From positions 22,508,001 to 22,572,000 of the forward strand of contig CM052817.1 in NCBI GenBank assembly GCA_028534125.1: 64,000 nt of DNA, written 5' to 3'. Numbering within the stretch: the first letter of the stretch is position 1; each line of letters starts with the position of its first letter. Below the pieces are notes generated by a model. That model had not been told where the DNA came from, ran no database searches, and saw only the letters and a program-made list of their open reading frames with translations. Position numbers and translations under genes: made by a program. Origin of the DNA: Lama glama. Taxonomy: Eukaryota. Shown here piece by piece: positions 23,450 to 37,056 of this stretch.

Positions 23450-26128
23450 ATGGCCAGGCATAGGTATCTCAACTGCAATGCTGGTTCAACATTCAAAATT
23501 CAATTAATGTAATCTACCATATCAAAAAGCTAAAGAAAAATCATGCTATCTTATCAATAGATGCAGGAAAAAAATTTGAAAACTCCAACACTCGTTCATG
23601 ACAAAAACTCCCAGTAAACCAAGAATAAAGGAGGCCTTCCTCAACTTGATAAAAAATATCTAAAAAAGGCCTCAGCCAACACTGTACCCTTGAACAACTC
23701 AGGGGATAGAGGTACCAACTTTCCTTGCAGTTGAAAAATCTGTATGTAACTTTACATTTGGCCCTCCATATCCATAGTTCCATATCCACAGATCCAAACA
23801 ATTGTGGATCATGCAGCATTGTAGTACATATTTATTGAAAAAAATCTAGACACTGGTGGACCTACACAAATCCATGTTGTTCAAGGGCAAACTACACTTA
23901 ACTGTGAGAAACTCAAAGCTTTCTCATCAAAATCAGGAATAGGGTAAAGATGTCCTCTCTCATCACTGCTTTTCAATATTGCACCAGAAGTCAATATTAA
24001 TGCAGTTAAACAGGACAAGTAAATAAAAGGTATATGGACTGGGAAGAAAGAAATAAAATTGTCTTTGTTTGCAAATGGCATGACTGTCCATGCAGAAAAT
24101 ATGAAAAGATTCAACAAAAAGAAAGTCTTGGAATTCATAAGCCATTATAGAAAGGTTGGAGGATATACTGTTAATATACAAAAGTCAATTGTTTTCCAAA
24201 ACACCAGCAATGAACAAGTAGAATTTGAAATTAAAAACACAATATACTTTACCTTAGCAACAAAAAAATGAAATGTTCAGGTTAAATCTAACAAAATATA
24301 TACACAATCTATATGAGAAAAACTATAAAACTCTGATGAAATAAATCAAAAAAGTTCTGAATGAATGAAAATATAGTTCATGTTTATGGATAGGCAGATT
24401 CAATATTGTCAAAATGTCAGTTCTCCCTAGCTTAATCTACATGCTTGGTGAAACTGAATCAAAACCATAGCAAATTATTTAATGGATGTTGACAAATTTA
24501 TTCTACAATTTACATGGAAAAGGACCCAAAATAGCAACATAATATTGAAGGACAAGAGCAAAGTTGGAGGACTGACACTACCCAACTTCAATACTTATTA
24601 TAAAGCTACAGTAATAAGCCAGTGTGGTATTGGGAAAAGAATAGGCAAATAGATCAATGGAACAAAAAAGGAAAGCAGAAACAGATCTCCATAAATATAG
24701 TCAACTGATATTTGGCAAGGAAGCAAAGACAATACAATGGAGCAAAGATAATCTTTCCAACCAATGGTACTGGAACACGTGTACATTCATATGCAAAACA
24801 TAAAATCTATATAAGATCTCACATCCTTCACGAAAATTAACTCAAAACAAAACAGATCTAAATGTAGAATGCAAAACTATAAAACTCCTAGACAGTAACA
24901 TAGGAGAAAATTTAGATGATCTTGGATTTGGAGATGACTTTTTAGATACACCAAAAACACAATTCATGAAAGAAAAAAATTGATAAGCTGGAGTTGCTTA
25001 AAATTAAAAACTTCTGCTCTGGGAAAGAGAATAAAGACAGGGAGGAGATAATTGCAAAAGACATATCTGATAAAGGACTGTTACCCCAAATATACAAAAA
25101 ACTCATAAAACTCAACAGTAAGAAAACAAATAGCTCAATCAAAAAATGGGCCAAAGACTTCTACAGACAACTCACTGATGAAAATATATAGATGGCAAAT
25201 ATGAATATTAAAAGATACTCTGCATTATACACCATCAGAAAATGCAAATGAAAACGGGATATCACTACACACCTATTAGAATGGCCACAAACCAGAACAC
25301 TGACAACATCAAATGCTGCTGAGGATGTGGAGCAACAAGAATTCTCATTCATCACTGATGAGAATGCGAAATGGTACAGCCACTTTGGAAAACCGTTTGG
25401 CAGTATTTTATAAAACTAAACATACTCTTACCATACAATCCAGCAATTGCACTCATTGGTATTTACTTAAAGACATTGAAATGTTATGTCCACGCAAAAC
25501 CTGCACAAAGATGTTAATAGCACCTTTATTCATAATTGCCAAAACATGGAAGCAACCAAGATTACTTTCAGTAGGTAAACGGACAAAGAAAGTGTGGTAC
25601 AGAGAATGAAATATTATTCAGTGCTGAAAAGAAAGGAGCTATTAAGCCATGAAAAGACATGGTGGAAACATAAATGCATATTACTAAGTGAAAGAAACCA
25701 ATTTGAAAAGTCTTCGTGGTATATAATTCTCTCTAAATGAAAAAGACAAAACTATGAAGACAGTAAAAATATCAGTGGTTGCTGTGGGTTAGTGGGGAGA
25801 GAAAGATGAGCAGGCAGAGCACAGAGGAATTTTAGGGCAGTGAAAATACTCTGTATGATGCTATAATGATGGATATCTGTGGTTGTAAATTTATCCAAAC
25901 CCACAGAATATGCAACACCCAAAATGAGCCCTACTATGGACTTTGGGTAACAATTATGTATTGATGTAGGTTCACGAATTATAACAAATGTACCACTCTG
26001 GTGGAGGATGTTGGTGAGGGAGGAAGACTATTCACGTGTGGTGGTAAGAAGTATATGGACAATGTGCCTTCTGGTCAATATTGCCATGAATCTAAAATGG
26101 CTCTAAAAATAAAGTTTATTTTAAAAAA
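23450..26128 (+). mobile_element. LINE-1, L1MC1-like, 5'-truncated (ORF2 RT region to 3' end)
   Basis: ORF2 relic peptides SLFANGMTVHAEN (YADD-like FADD motif region), KVGGYTVNIQKSIVF and DISDKGLLPQIYKKL. The 3' UTR 'ctatggactttgggtaacaattatgtattgatgtaggttcacgaattataacaaatgtaccactctggtggaggatgttg...ctctaaaaataaagtttattttaaaaaa' is L1MC1/2-like. Confidence 0.92.
23680..23894. mobile_element. Tigger2-derived MITE (Tigger2a-like, TcMar) nested in the L1
   Basis: Inverted termini acccttgaacaac (23686-23698) and gttgttcaaggg (23876-23887); L1 sequence resumes on both sides. Confidence 0.85.
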
Positions 26129-28129
26129 GAATTGTTTATAAGTAAGTTTTTTGATGACTGTAAAAGGATAGGAACATTTCTGGATGACTGGAGGTTCCAT
26201 TTTTAGTGAGTTTTTTTGTTTGGTTTTGTTTGTTTTAAGAATTACTATTTTTTTTAATCAATGATAGCAGCATTATTCAAGTTTTTCTCATGGAAGATTC
26301 AAATGTCCCTTGACTTTCATTTTTTAATTAATTAACAACAAATTGAAAATAACCTGGAATATCTCAGTAACACTGTTCAAACTGGTAGTTTAAGTAAATT
26401 TAGAACAATAAAGTTACGCTATTATAATTATATATTTTTGTACTCTTCTAGCTACATCATCATAACAGATCAAAAAATCAGAGATAACTGGGCAGTTGTC
26501 AGAAATAGAGAAATAGAGTTAAAATTTTAAGGAAAAAATGCTATTTCTTAAGCAGTGAATCTTCACTGAGATACAATTCTCCATCAAGTAATTAGTAACT
26601 CCTATTATAGTGTAGGTTTTATCAACATTTTTTAAAGGAAGAAAAAAGGTTCACAACTGGGTTTTGGGAATATGTCTTTTGTCCCACGTACTTCCACATC
26701 AGCAGCCCGGTCTTGGCACAGATCATTAGCAGTTACCTCAGTGGATACAGTTAATTAACATTATTTCTTTCAGATGAAGAATACTAAGTGGAATACCTGC
26801 TCTGTTATGAGGCCAAAACCTATGCTGTTGACGTGAAAAAGATACTGCTAAACGTACAGTGAAGCGGCATCCTTATGCTTTGCCAATTCCTGCCTGAAAT
26901 GTGGCTCAGTGTTTTCCACTATCTAGAGACTACGTTTTTATTGTTGTTTTTTAAACCAACTGTGGTCATACTATTCATGGTAACAGAAGACATTAGTGGA
27001 ATTTTGAAATCAATGCTCCCATTTAAATAAGACAACTTTCAAATTGATCTTTTTGTGTCACACTGAGCTAGAGAGTTTTAATGGATACTTATTGAAGGTT
27101 ACCTTTCTTCTTTGTTAAAGGCAGTGCAAGAGAGCTATTTTCAACCTGATTATGTATCACTAAATGTTGAGACAGGAAAATAGACTAGCTGAGATATGAT
27201 GAAGGAAATTACTTAATATCTCCTTAGAAACAAAAGAGGACAGAACCATTTCTTGTTGAAAATAAAGATGGCTAAGTAAATGGGAATTACAATGTCACTT
27301 TGATGTGCAATTTGATTATCAATGGAAATATAGTGAATGAAGGTTCAGAGAACATTTCTTTCCAGCAATGATGTTTTGTGTAGGTCTGGCATGATATGTA
27401 GAGAGAATCCTTGTCATATTTTATTCAAAGACATATAAGCAAATAGATTTTTACATGGTAGACTTGCACATTCAGCAAAAAGCAATGACTATATCTTTTT
27501 TTTATAGTCTTAAAAATCCGCATACTGAAATTGAAGCTAAAAAATGTATTGTGGATTAAATTGACCTTTTCTAAAGAAATCAGGGTAAAGTACATATTTT
27601 ATTAAAATTAAAACTACAAATTCTTAGCAAAACATTACAATTAAAACTAGAAAATCTTGGCAATTTTTTTCTCTTTATAAAAGTGGCTGAAAACTACTCT
27701 GCTCCTATTACTGATTGGCCAAAATATTAAAGCAAGAAAGATTAAAAAAAAAGAAAGATATAAAAATATACAGACATCAATCAGAAGCTGACTAAACATG
27801 AAATTAATGTAATTTAGGTGGAGATGAGGTTAGGTGTTACTAGTCACATTAGATTTTATTTTATTCTATTAAAATTATTTTCCATTCATCATATCTTGAT
27901 GGGACTGAAGTAGGTAAGGGATTGTTCATAGTTTCAGCAACCTCTTCCTTCCTTCTTTCTAGTGGAAAATGTTTCTCTATTTACATTTCAAATGATTGTG
28001 CATGAAATGTTATTACAACTTTCCAAGCACCATTTTCCAATAAGTAAGTGTAATATATCACAAGCGATGATAAAGTTGGTTCATTTTAGAACCCCAAATG
28101 ATCAAATAAAATAATAATACATTATGTTC

Positions 28130-28290
28130 AGATATTGCCTTGTAATTTCAAAGCACTTTAACGTACATTATCTCACTTGGTCCTCAGAGGGGGCAGTATT
28201 GTTTTTAGTACTGCTATGATAGGGGAAAGAGAAGCGCTTCACAAAATTCATCAATTTATTGAGGTCACAAAGCCAATAAACAGCAAGTCA
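28130..28290 (-). mobile_element. MIR fragment
   Basis: 'tttcaaagcactttaacgtacattatctcacttggtcctca...gaggtcacaaagccaataaacagca'. Confidence 0.55.
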
Positions 28291-28709
28291 ACTTTTGAAG
28301 GTGTGTCTTCCACCACATCAGGATGTCCTTAAACAGAAAGAGTCTATTCATCAGACAGTCAGTGGAGATGATGGTAAAGAAGTTATGAGAAATAAACAAT
28401 CTATGAAAAATAATAATAAAGACAAAATATTAGAGGAAGAGAAAATGAAAATGAGAAAGAGAAAAGGTGGAGATGGTTGAAGGAATAGTGAGTAAGGAAA
28501 GCTGTGGTCTACAACTTTCTAGAAAATAGGAGACTTGAGATAATTGCTTTACATTCTTCTTAAGCAGATCTGTGTGCTCCATCAACTCTACATACACTAC
28601 CCCACAGCCTGAGAAAAGACATTTGGCAGAAATTAACTTGACAACAAATAATGGAACAGATACTATAGTAAGATGGAGGGACCAAGATTTTAACCATGTG
28701 ATTCTTTAC

Positions 28710-29095
28710 TGACGTGTTAACAGGATTAAGGAAACTGGTGAGGGTTGTTGGGGTACTCTAGGACAGTAGAACAATTGCCACCCCCAGACTGATGATGCAA
28801 AGAGAAGAGATGATGTTAGTAGGGCCCAGTGAGATCTGGAGTCATTAAAAAGGGTCTTCTTGGTGCAAACTGTATTTCTGGAAGGACACTATATTTTATA
28901 GTCACAGAAGGGAAGAAGGAAGGATCAGGGGAAATTTTCTTCTTCCCTTGAATCTCCTACTCTTGTCTCTCAATGATTGAACCTAACTAGAGGTCAAAAG
29001 GTAAGGGGTCCAGTTGATGGAGTGCTTAGGATTAGCCTTAGTTTAGAGCCTAGGTCAGCCTGGGGTTACAGAGCTGGGCACATACAGAGCTGGAT
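28710..29095. mobile_element. ancient ERVL-class LTR fragment (LTR33/41/79-like; family uncertain)
   Basis: 'aatctcctactcttgtctctcaatgattgaacctaactagaggtcaaaaggtaaggggtccagttgatggagt...aggtcagcctggggttacagagc' resembles a recalled ancient LTR motif. Confidence 0.45.
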
Positions 29096-31164
29096 AGATA
29101 AGGGTTAGTCTTTTGTCAGTCTCTTAACAAAGTAAGTAGTGTGGCTTCTTGTGATCTCACCTTCGGGTAGCTCTGTCTCTTTCCTTGGACCTGGGGCACT
29201 CATTACACTCATCATAAACCCCATTCCACTCTGTTTATTTTCCCTAAGGTCAGTTACCTAAGTGGACTTCCTTTATCAGATTAAGTCACCCCAAGCAGAA
29301 GACCACAATAAGAATTAAGTCTCTAGGGAAAAGCAACAGAAAAGAGGAACTTTTAGAGTAAACATGTCTATCACAGGTGTGCTGTAGGAGGAGGAAGGTA
29401 TATCGGGGAAGAATACTTTCCAATGTTCCCTGCCAATGTACTGCCTCTTTTTAAGGGAGATATTCCATAACTAAGAACAGAATCAGTACTTCCATTTAAA
29501 TCCATTTCTTCACTTCTGAATACTCTGGTATAGTGCCTACCCTGAATACTTAAAAGATCAAAACTGTGCAGCTGAGATGGCTCTGGCTTTCACAAATAGG
29601 AAGGTAGCTAAAGAACCTAAGTGCCATGCCATTATTTAGTATTTTTACTGTTCACAGACATGTTCTTACTTAGCCTCTCTGCTGATTTTCATGATTAATG
29701 GATATGTGTCTTTCAGTGGCAACTTTTGAATAAATCATAGCTTGCATGATTATAGCTATAGGGAGCTCTTCCAACCTACCTTATCTGCCCTACAAGGCAG
29801 GTGTGGATCAAACAGGATAAGGCATTTGAAATGTTTCAATAATTATAAAATGAAATATAGTACTAATTTTTGAACATATTATTTGTCCCCAAGGTTGAAC
29901 ATAGACATGAAATATACAAATGATAACACAACAGTGTATCTGTCATAAGGTCATAAACTACTGGAGATCACAGCATTTTTCATTAATGAAAAGAGAAAAA
30001 ATTGTCATGTTCAGTTTCTCCATAAGAAATCACCTAAAGAAGTCATTTCAGCACAAGTGCATGTTGGTTCAGAATCAATGAAGATATTGCTTAATGGTTC
30101 TGAAAAATCTCCTTATTGATCCATCAATCTATAAATTTTTAAATATTGCCTTTTCAATGTATTGGTCTTACAAGTTTTGAAATTAGGAAAGTGGAAATCA
30201 CACATCTGACACCTGAAAAAATTATATGTGAACTGAAAATCTAGTATGAAAATCACAAAAAGCCTACCAAGACGATCTGCCAGTTTGGAGCTGACCATAA
30301 CAATGGGAAACAAACTTATAAAGATGTAAGTCCAATAATATGAGAGGTGCTATTATGGAAAAGTGGACTGTCCACACAAGGAGTTAAAGAGGATACAAAT
30401 CACAGCTAGTTTACTAGGCGGAGGGAATGGGATGGTGGAATGTTTTCTCGTGAGTGAAAAAAATGACTGTTCATGGTAATCTTGATTATTGGCAAGAAGG
30501 ATAAAACTATTCAGGATTTTGGCAAAAAGAATTAGGGGGATAGAAATAAGTGAAATTCTAAAAATTTCTGGCTACTTCTCAGCTGGTAGCTATCATCAGT
30601 CATTGCTAATTAAAATTTATTAGTGATTAGTTGTGATTGTCACCAAGGACATTTTGTAGGTCTAAGTAATGGAGAAAAATTATGAGATCATATAAAGAAA
30701 GTTGCATAAGAAGCCTGAATAGAGTGAAGGTAGGCACTCTAAGGGGTCACAAAAAGAGAAAAATTCCATGAATTAATAAAACGTTTGGAAATTGAAGATT
30801 CTGTTCCAAAGATATTTTCTGACTGACTGACAGAATTAATTGTCACCTCTCTGTGAAGCTCACACATGCCACTTTCTATGCCTCGGAAAGGGAGAAGATT
30901 TTAAAAGAACCACTCTAGATGCTAGCTTAGAAGACAGGATAAATAGCTCCTAAACAGAAAGAAGAAAATGCTAAGAAAAGTGAACCAGGGATTATAAGAT
31001 GCTCAAGAGTTTAAAGGGAAGTAAAGCATGGATGGCTTTGGATAGGAATGTGAAAAAGATGGCGTGAGAGGAAAAAAAAAAACTATAATATTGGATAAGC
31101 AATACCTAGGTGGCTCTTTCTTCATGTGGTGATTCTAAGAATTTTTAAAAAATTACACCCTGGG

Positions 31165-31900
31165 ACTGAAAAATTGCTGGTATGAATGTAAAATGGTATG
31201 ACTTCTTAGGAAATATCAACCAGGTTTTTAAAAAAACTAAACACAGACCTATCATACGACCTAACCACTCCACTCCTAGGTTTTTGCCAAAAGGAAAAAG
31301 GAAATGTATGTCCATTTAAAGACTTACAAAGGTTCATTGCAGCTTTATTGGCAATAGCCAAAAATTGGAAACAAGCCAAATGTGCATGTCAAAACAACTG
31401 ATAACCAATTTATCTATTGGCTATCCAATGGATACCAAAATTATAGTTATCCAAATGACAACCAAGTGTGTATCAATGGGTAAACAATTGGGATATAGCT
31501 ATAAAATGTAACAGTATTAATCAATAAGAGGAATGGATCATTGATACATGCAGTCAGATGGATGAATCTCAAAAGAATTATTCCATGTGAAATAAGCTAG
31601 ACCAATAAAAAAGTGTATACTATATTAACTAATTTTATATAAATGTCAAGAAAATAAATACTAATATATAGCGACAGAAAATAAATCAGTGGTTTGTTGG
31701 AGATATGGGGTAGGGCGAAGGATGAAGGAAAGATTATCAGAGATGTGAGGAAACGTCTGGAAGTGAAGGATATATTCTCTATTGATTATAGTGATTATTG
31801 CAATTATGTATGCATATGTCAAGTGATACACTTCTAATATGTGTTGTATATGTGTAGTTCATTGAATGTAAATTATACCTTACCAATCCAGTCTAAAAAA
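31165..31900 (+). mobile_element. LINE-1 3' end, L1ME-like
   Basis: 'ttgctggtatgaatgtaaaatggta...ccactccactcctagg...ttcattgcagctttattggcaatagccaaaaattggaaacaa...gatggatgaatctcaaaa...tgtaaattatacct'. Confidence 0.85.
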
Positions 31901-32309
31901 TAATTATAAGACTCTTTGCCCATGGGGTGATTCTGAAACTCTTAGAAAAGCTGTAGTAACCCATTATCTCCAGTGCAAAGATAAGGCAGCAACATACACA
32001 CACAAATGTGTTTACCTTGCCGAGCCATTTCTTTATTAATCTCTAGCTTTGACTGGCTAATGAAAATTTCGATTGAAGTATTTCACATTCATTCATTCAT
32101 TTATTCTTTCTTTCATTATCTCATGAACACATTATATCTATGTTAGGCTCTCTCTGATACTTCAAAACTGAAACTGTTATAAATTCAGCATATTTCATTT
32201 TCCCATGTTCTTCACAAGCCTTCTCATCTGTACGGCTTCTTAATCTAAGTTAATTGAACCATTACTTCACCATTTGCCATAAAAGATATGTTTTTACCAG
32301 CAAATCTTA

Positions 32310-32640
32310 ATGAAGGGATATAGTGTAATGCAAGGACTAGATTTAAAAAGATGATTAAGATCCAGCCCAGGTTCTCAAGGATATTAAATTCATGTGGCAG
32401 AAGATCAATGTATAAACAAAATGCAGTCATATAATGTATTTATAGGTGATGAGATGTACCAACATATTCTGTGTGCAGGAGTCCAAGAAATTTTAAAGAA
32501 AGATAATATTTGAAGCACAACTCAAAGAGTGAGTGTGAATTTATTTTTCCAAACAAGAGGGAGGGAATGGCATAACAACATCATAAACAAAAGCAAGGTA
32601 GTATAAAAGCCTGTTGTGTTTAGGCAAAGATGAGTACTTC
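32310..32640 (-). mobile_element. L2 fragment
   Basis: 'aagatgattaagatccagcccaggttctcaaggatattaaattc...ttttaaagaaagataatatttgaagc' is antisense L2-like. Confidence 0.45.
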
Positions 32641-32920
32641 CAGTTATATTCAGGAAGACAGTATGGAAGGTTGCTTTGGCTCAACTTGGCAGTCTTTAAA
32701 AAATGATAATGACAAAAGGAAACACTTTCTGAATAGACTACTATAGAGAAGCTCTAAAGGTACCACAGTTTAAAGAGTTGGTAGGACCAGAGTTCTTGAG
32801 GCTCTCAGGAAATATGAGATGGTGTTCATATCATACATAAAGAAACATTTCACCCTTCCTATATTCCTAAGACACTGAGACTGTCTTCCTGTAGATCAAG
32901 CTAGGGACATTCTAACATCT

Positions 32921-33350
32921 TGTGGTAGACAAGTTCATGACAACCTGATTCTCCTCCTCTGCCACAGAGCTTCACCTTCAAAGAAGGAATTGCTGTCCAT
33001 TTAAAAAGAGGTCAGGAGACAGCTTCCCATTGTCAGCTTCTCCAGGGTCTACTTGGGCTGCAGAGAGCAGCTCCACCCAAGGTCACATCCTTCCTGAGAC
33101 AACCCATATTCTGCACCAAAGTAAGGAGGGTTTATAGAGCTCCAACTATTTTGGTCCAACACAGGAAAACTCAGAACTGAATCCTTCCAAGATCCTGACC
33201 AGTGACTTGACTGAGGATGTGGCAGGACAATGTTGTATTTTAGCTCTTCCCTCAGTGCAATCCATTTCCTCCTTCTTCTTTTCACAGGAATTGATCCTTA
33301 CAAAATATATTGCATCTCAAACTCCATCTCAGAAAACCCAGCCGGCAACA
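32921..33350 (+). mobile_element. solo LTR16-family LTR (ERVL)
   Basis: TG...CA termini (tgtggtagac...ccggcaaca), perfect 5-bp TSD catct (32916-32920 / 33351-33355), and LTR16 motifs 'ctgcagagagcagctccacccaaggtcacatccttcctg' and 'ttcacaggaattgatcc...actccatctcag'. Confidence 0.88.
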
Positions 33351-34150
33351 CATCTTAACCTCATTGAATATTTGACATTGTCAAGGCTAGGTTTCAGTCA
33401 ACTAACCAAATAAATATTAGAGCCACTCGCAGCTGCCTGAGCTGACACATTCAGTTAAAACATGTCTCCATATCCACATATTATCTCAGTTTATTGATAT
33501 ATTTGACTTCCTAGATTTAACTTCCTTGGATCTATTTCCAAATATGTTTTACAGGTTGCATGCTTTTATAAATCAGCAAATCTTACCAATATTTCCAAGT
33601 AAAAACTATTATCCTGGGTCTGATTTTGCGCTTGTCTCTCTGAAGTGTGCTGAAATATGACTGTAATTAAGTCTTGAGCCATAAGACTCAATGGGGTTAG
33701 GTCTTGAGGAGAAACAGCATTCCTTGGAAAACAACTTACTTGAGAAAAGTTATCAAGCAAAGAAAAGTTCATCTCCTCACCCTTGGGTGAAGGTGTTATT
33801 TTTACTAAGGAAATTTCAAAGAGAGTTAAATAGCCAAATATTTCAACTTCTATCAAGTACACACACATTTCTATATTTCATTATGAGACTCCCACTCCTC
33901 ATTCTACTCCCTTATTTACACATAAATGATGAGGAAAGTGGAAATTCAATTCACGTGATTGATTTGTATTCAGCATAATTAAATTTAGGGTAAGGTTTTC
34001 ATTGCTGTCTGTCTAGTCATTATAAAATACGTGATTATTTTAGGACCACGATTCTTTGATTGTCTGATTGTGATTGGTCAAAGAGTTTATAGCCCTGAGC
34101 TTGTCATTTTCTTTCTGTAAGCCGTTAGGATAATCAGAAGCCAGTCTCCC

Positions 34151-34650
34151 NNNNNNNNNNNNNNNNNNNNNNNNNNNNNNNNNNNNNNNNNNNNNNNNNN
34201 NNNNNNNNNNNNNNNNNNNNNNNNNNNNNNNNNNNNNNNNNNNNNNNNNNNNNNNNNNNNNNNNNNNNNNNNNNNNNNNNNNNNNNNNNNNNNNNNNNNN
34301 NNNNNNNNNNNNNNNNNNNNNNNNNNNNNNNNNNNNNNNNNNNNNNNNNNNNNNNNNNNNNNNNNNNNNNNNNNNNNNNNNNNNNNNNNNNNNNNNNNNN
34401 NNNNNNNNNNNNNNNNNNNNNNNNNNNNNNNNNNNNNNNNNNNNNNNNNNNNNNNNNNNNNNNNNNNNNNNNNNNNNNNNNNNNNNNNNNNNNNNNNNNN
34501 NNNNNNNNNNNNNNNNNNNNNNNNNNNNNNNNNNNNNNNNNNNNNNNNNNNNNNNNNNNNNNNNNNNNNNNNNNNNNNNNNNNNNNNNNNNNNNNNNNNN
34601 NNNNNNNNNNNNNNNNNNNNNNNNNNNNNNNNNNNNNNNNNNNNNNNNNN
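34151..34650. other. assembly gap (500 N)
   Basis: Exactly 500 N. Confidence 1.
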
Positions 34651-35599
34651 TAGAATTTAGAGATCTTAAAGTGCTATGATTTCGATTTTTTCTTTTGTGT
34701 TAATAAAATAAGCAGTAATGAGGAATAATTGAGTAGGAGCAAAACATATTGCCACTGCTATTCAAATAGGTTTTTTAAAATCTGTTTCCTAATGTAGGCA
34801 ATTGTGTCAATTTCCTGACTTACCTTCTGATAAATCTTCTGATTTATAACTTCTGAATGTTGAGTTATAGTCAGAATGGTCATTCCCATTCCAAAGTGTA
34901 AAGAAATTCAGTCCATCTTTCCTCAAATATTTTTGCATTTAAGCATTTCATCTATTTGGGGTATCCTAGTATGTAGTGACAGAATTATGGGAACTATGAA
35001 AAGATGACATTGATTATGGTGTACCTGTAAGTCTGGGAGCAGAATTATGTGATTGTATTTATGAAATAGCTATCAGGTTTTTGTTCTAAACCATTGTCAT
35101 TGGGTTTTACTTTGACATGGTCTGCATGCCATATACAAGCGGAGTTCTCATTTTTAATGACTAATACATTTAGTTCATGATTGTTCTTTAGTAACAAAAA
35201 GCCAGGACCTTAGATCAGGAGCTGGATACAAAATACAGATTTAGAGCTGAGCTCACTGGAAGCACTATTTATTTTTACAGCTTTAAAATTGGCAATCACA
35301 TCATTTAGAAGAGAAAACAGAATCCTCATCATGTCTTTACGTTAGGCATTTAACAAACATTTGTCAGCAAACTTCTATGATTAATTTGATTTCAACCCCT
35401 CGGGAAAGATTGCTTTAAAAACATTTATGGTATGATTAATTGAATTTTAGAAATTTGATTAATACTTAGACTTCAGAGATTTTTAAATACATTATTAAAA
35501 TGAATTTTACTTGAGTTTTAATAATTCCATGACTGTTCCTTTTCAGCCACTGTTATTTGCTTCAGACTGCAAAATTCAGTAAGAAGAAAATTTGCGTTC

Positions 35600-35700
35600 A
35601 ATAGAACTGGGAGGTATTGGGCCTTTTAGTCTGGAAATGAATAACATGCCTGTGTAGAGATGACAGTGATTTAAGGCTGTGAGAACAGGTCTTTATTTAC
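35600..35700 (+). mobile_element. possible L3/CR1 fragment
   Basis: 'gaggtattgggccttttagtctggaaatgaataac' resembles CR1/L3 'aaggaactggggatgtttagcctggagaagagaagac'. Confidence 0.35.
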
Positions 35701-36000
35701 CTGCCAGACACAGTCTCTGGTCTGGATGCAGTAAATATTTTGTAATTTTATTGGAAACTATAACATCCTTGCACTCACAAAAGGCAGTTTTCTATGCAGT
35801 ATTACATGACATCTTCTCAGTAATGATAAATTAGATTCAACCTCCAAAATATCCAAACCTAACCATTTATAAGGAAAATGGATACTGAAGCAATTTTACT
35901 TTTCAAAACAGCAATCTTCACATTTCTGGTCTGCTGCCAGAGTAATTCTCTTAGGAATGCATTAAGTTTGTTTGTGGGAAAAGGAAATATAACTCCATAG

Positions 36001-36180
36001 TACTTATTGAGTACCTACTATGTTTCAAACAGCATGCCATACTGTGCTATGCATTTTAATTCTACTATCTGGTAAACCCCGACAATAACCCATGAGTTGA
36101 ATGGTGCTGTCCTTACATTGCTCCTGCAGAGACAGACACTTAAGAAAGGGCAATTTTCTAAATTCACACAACAAGTGGGT
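36001..36180 (-). mobile_element. MIR SINE
   Basis: 'tacttattgagtacctactatgt...acaataacccatgagt...gacacttaagaaagggcaattttctaaattcacacaac'. Confidence 0.6.
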
Positions 36181-36514
36181 GGCTTTCAACACAGACCACA
36201 TTACTTCCCTGCCAACAAGAACCATCTTAATGAAAACATCAATTTATTTGTCCATAGGAACACAAATTTTACATAAAAATTATACATATGTAATACACAC
36301 ATATACATACATATATATCCAGGTGAGATTGCATGTAGGGAGCTTGTATATCATTAAAATGAGTGGAGAATTTATGCATCTCCAGTGATTCCAAAAATAC
36401 ATAAAACATTTGTTAATCACTTTAGACAGAAGAAAGAAACTTGCATTTTACCTGAACCTTTCAATTTCTAGCATATGCATGAAAACTGCCAAGATTTTTA
36501 ATAAACAAGTACTT

Positions 36515-37056
36515 TGTATTATGTTCTTATGACTGCTGTAACAAATTAACATAAAATTAGTGACTTAAAGCAACATAAATTTATTCTTTTATAGTTCTGC
36601 AGGCCAGAATTCCAATCTGTATCACTGGCCAAAATCAAGATGTTTGCAAGGCCCATTATATTTGGGGGCTCCAGGGGAAAGTTTATTCCTTATTTCTTTC
36701 AGCCCCCGATAACTAATGGCATTTCTTGGTTTTGGCCACATCAATCTAATCTCTGCCTCTGGCTTCACATTACCTTTAGTTTTGTGTTTGTGTGTCAGGG
36801 CATGTGCACGTGTGTGTTTGTGGTTATGTGGGGGGGAGGGGAAGGTGTTTATGCATCAAATTTCCCTCTGCCTCTGACTTGTAAGGATTCATGTGATGGC
36901 ATTTAGAGCCTATCCAAATAATCCAGGATAATCCCTCCATTTTAAGATTCTGAAATTAATCACATCAGCCAAGATCCTTTTTCCAAATAAGATAACATTT
37001 ACATGTTCCAGAGATTGAGGTATGATATATTTGAGGGCCATTATCAGCCTGTAACA
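36515..37056 (-). mobile_element. MLT1 (MLT1C/D-like) MaLR solo LTR
   Basis: 'tgtattatgttcttatgactgctgtaacaaattaacataaaattagtgacttaaagcaacataaatttattc' ... 'ataatccaggataatccctccattttaagattc' ... 'gggccattatcagcctgtaaca'; internal TG-rich expansion. Confidence 0.9.

Noticed and set aside
5541..33350. Two same-orientation LTR16 copies as the ends of one large provirus
   Set aside because: The second LTR has its own TSD, the first is a 3' LTR, the copies are divergent, and an assembly gap lies between them.
33855..33930. Peptide TFLYFIMRLPLLILLPYLH resembling mitochondrial ND4 (possible NUMT)
   Set aside because: Short, needs a gap, and the DNA fits an antisense MIR core (cccttatttacac..gatgaggaaagtgga) better; likely chance.
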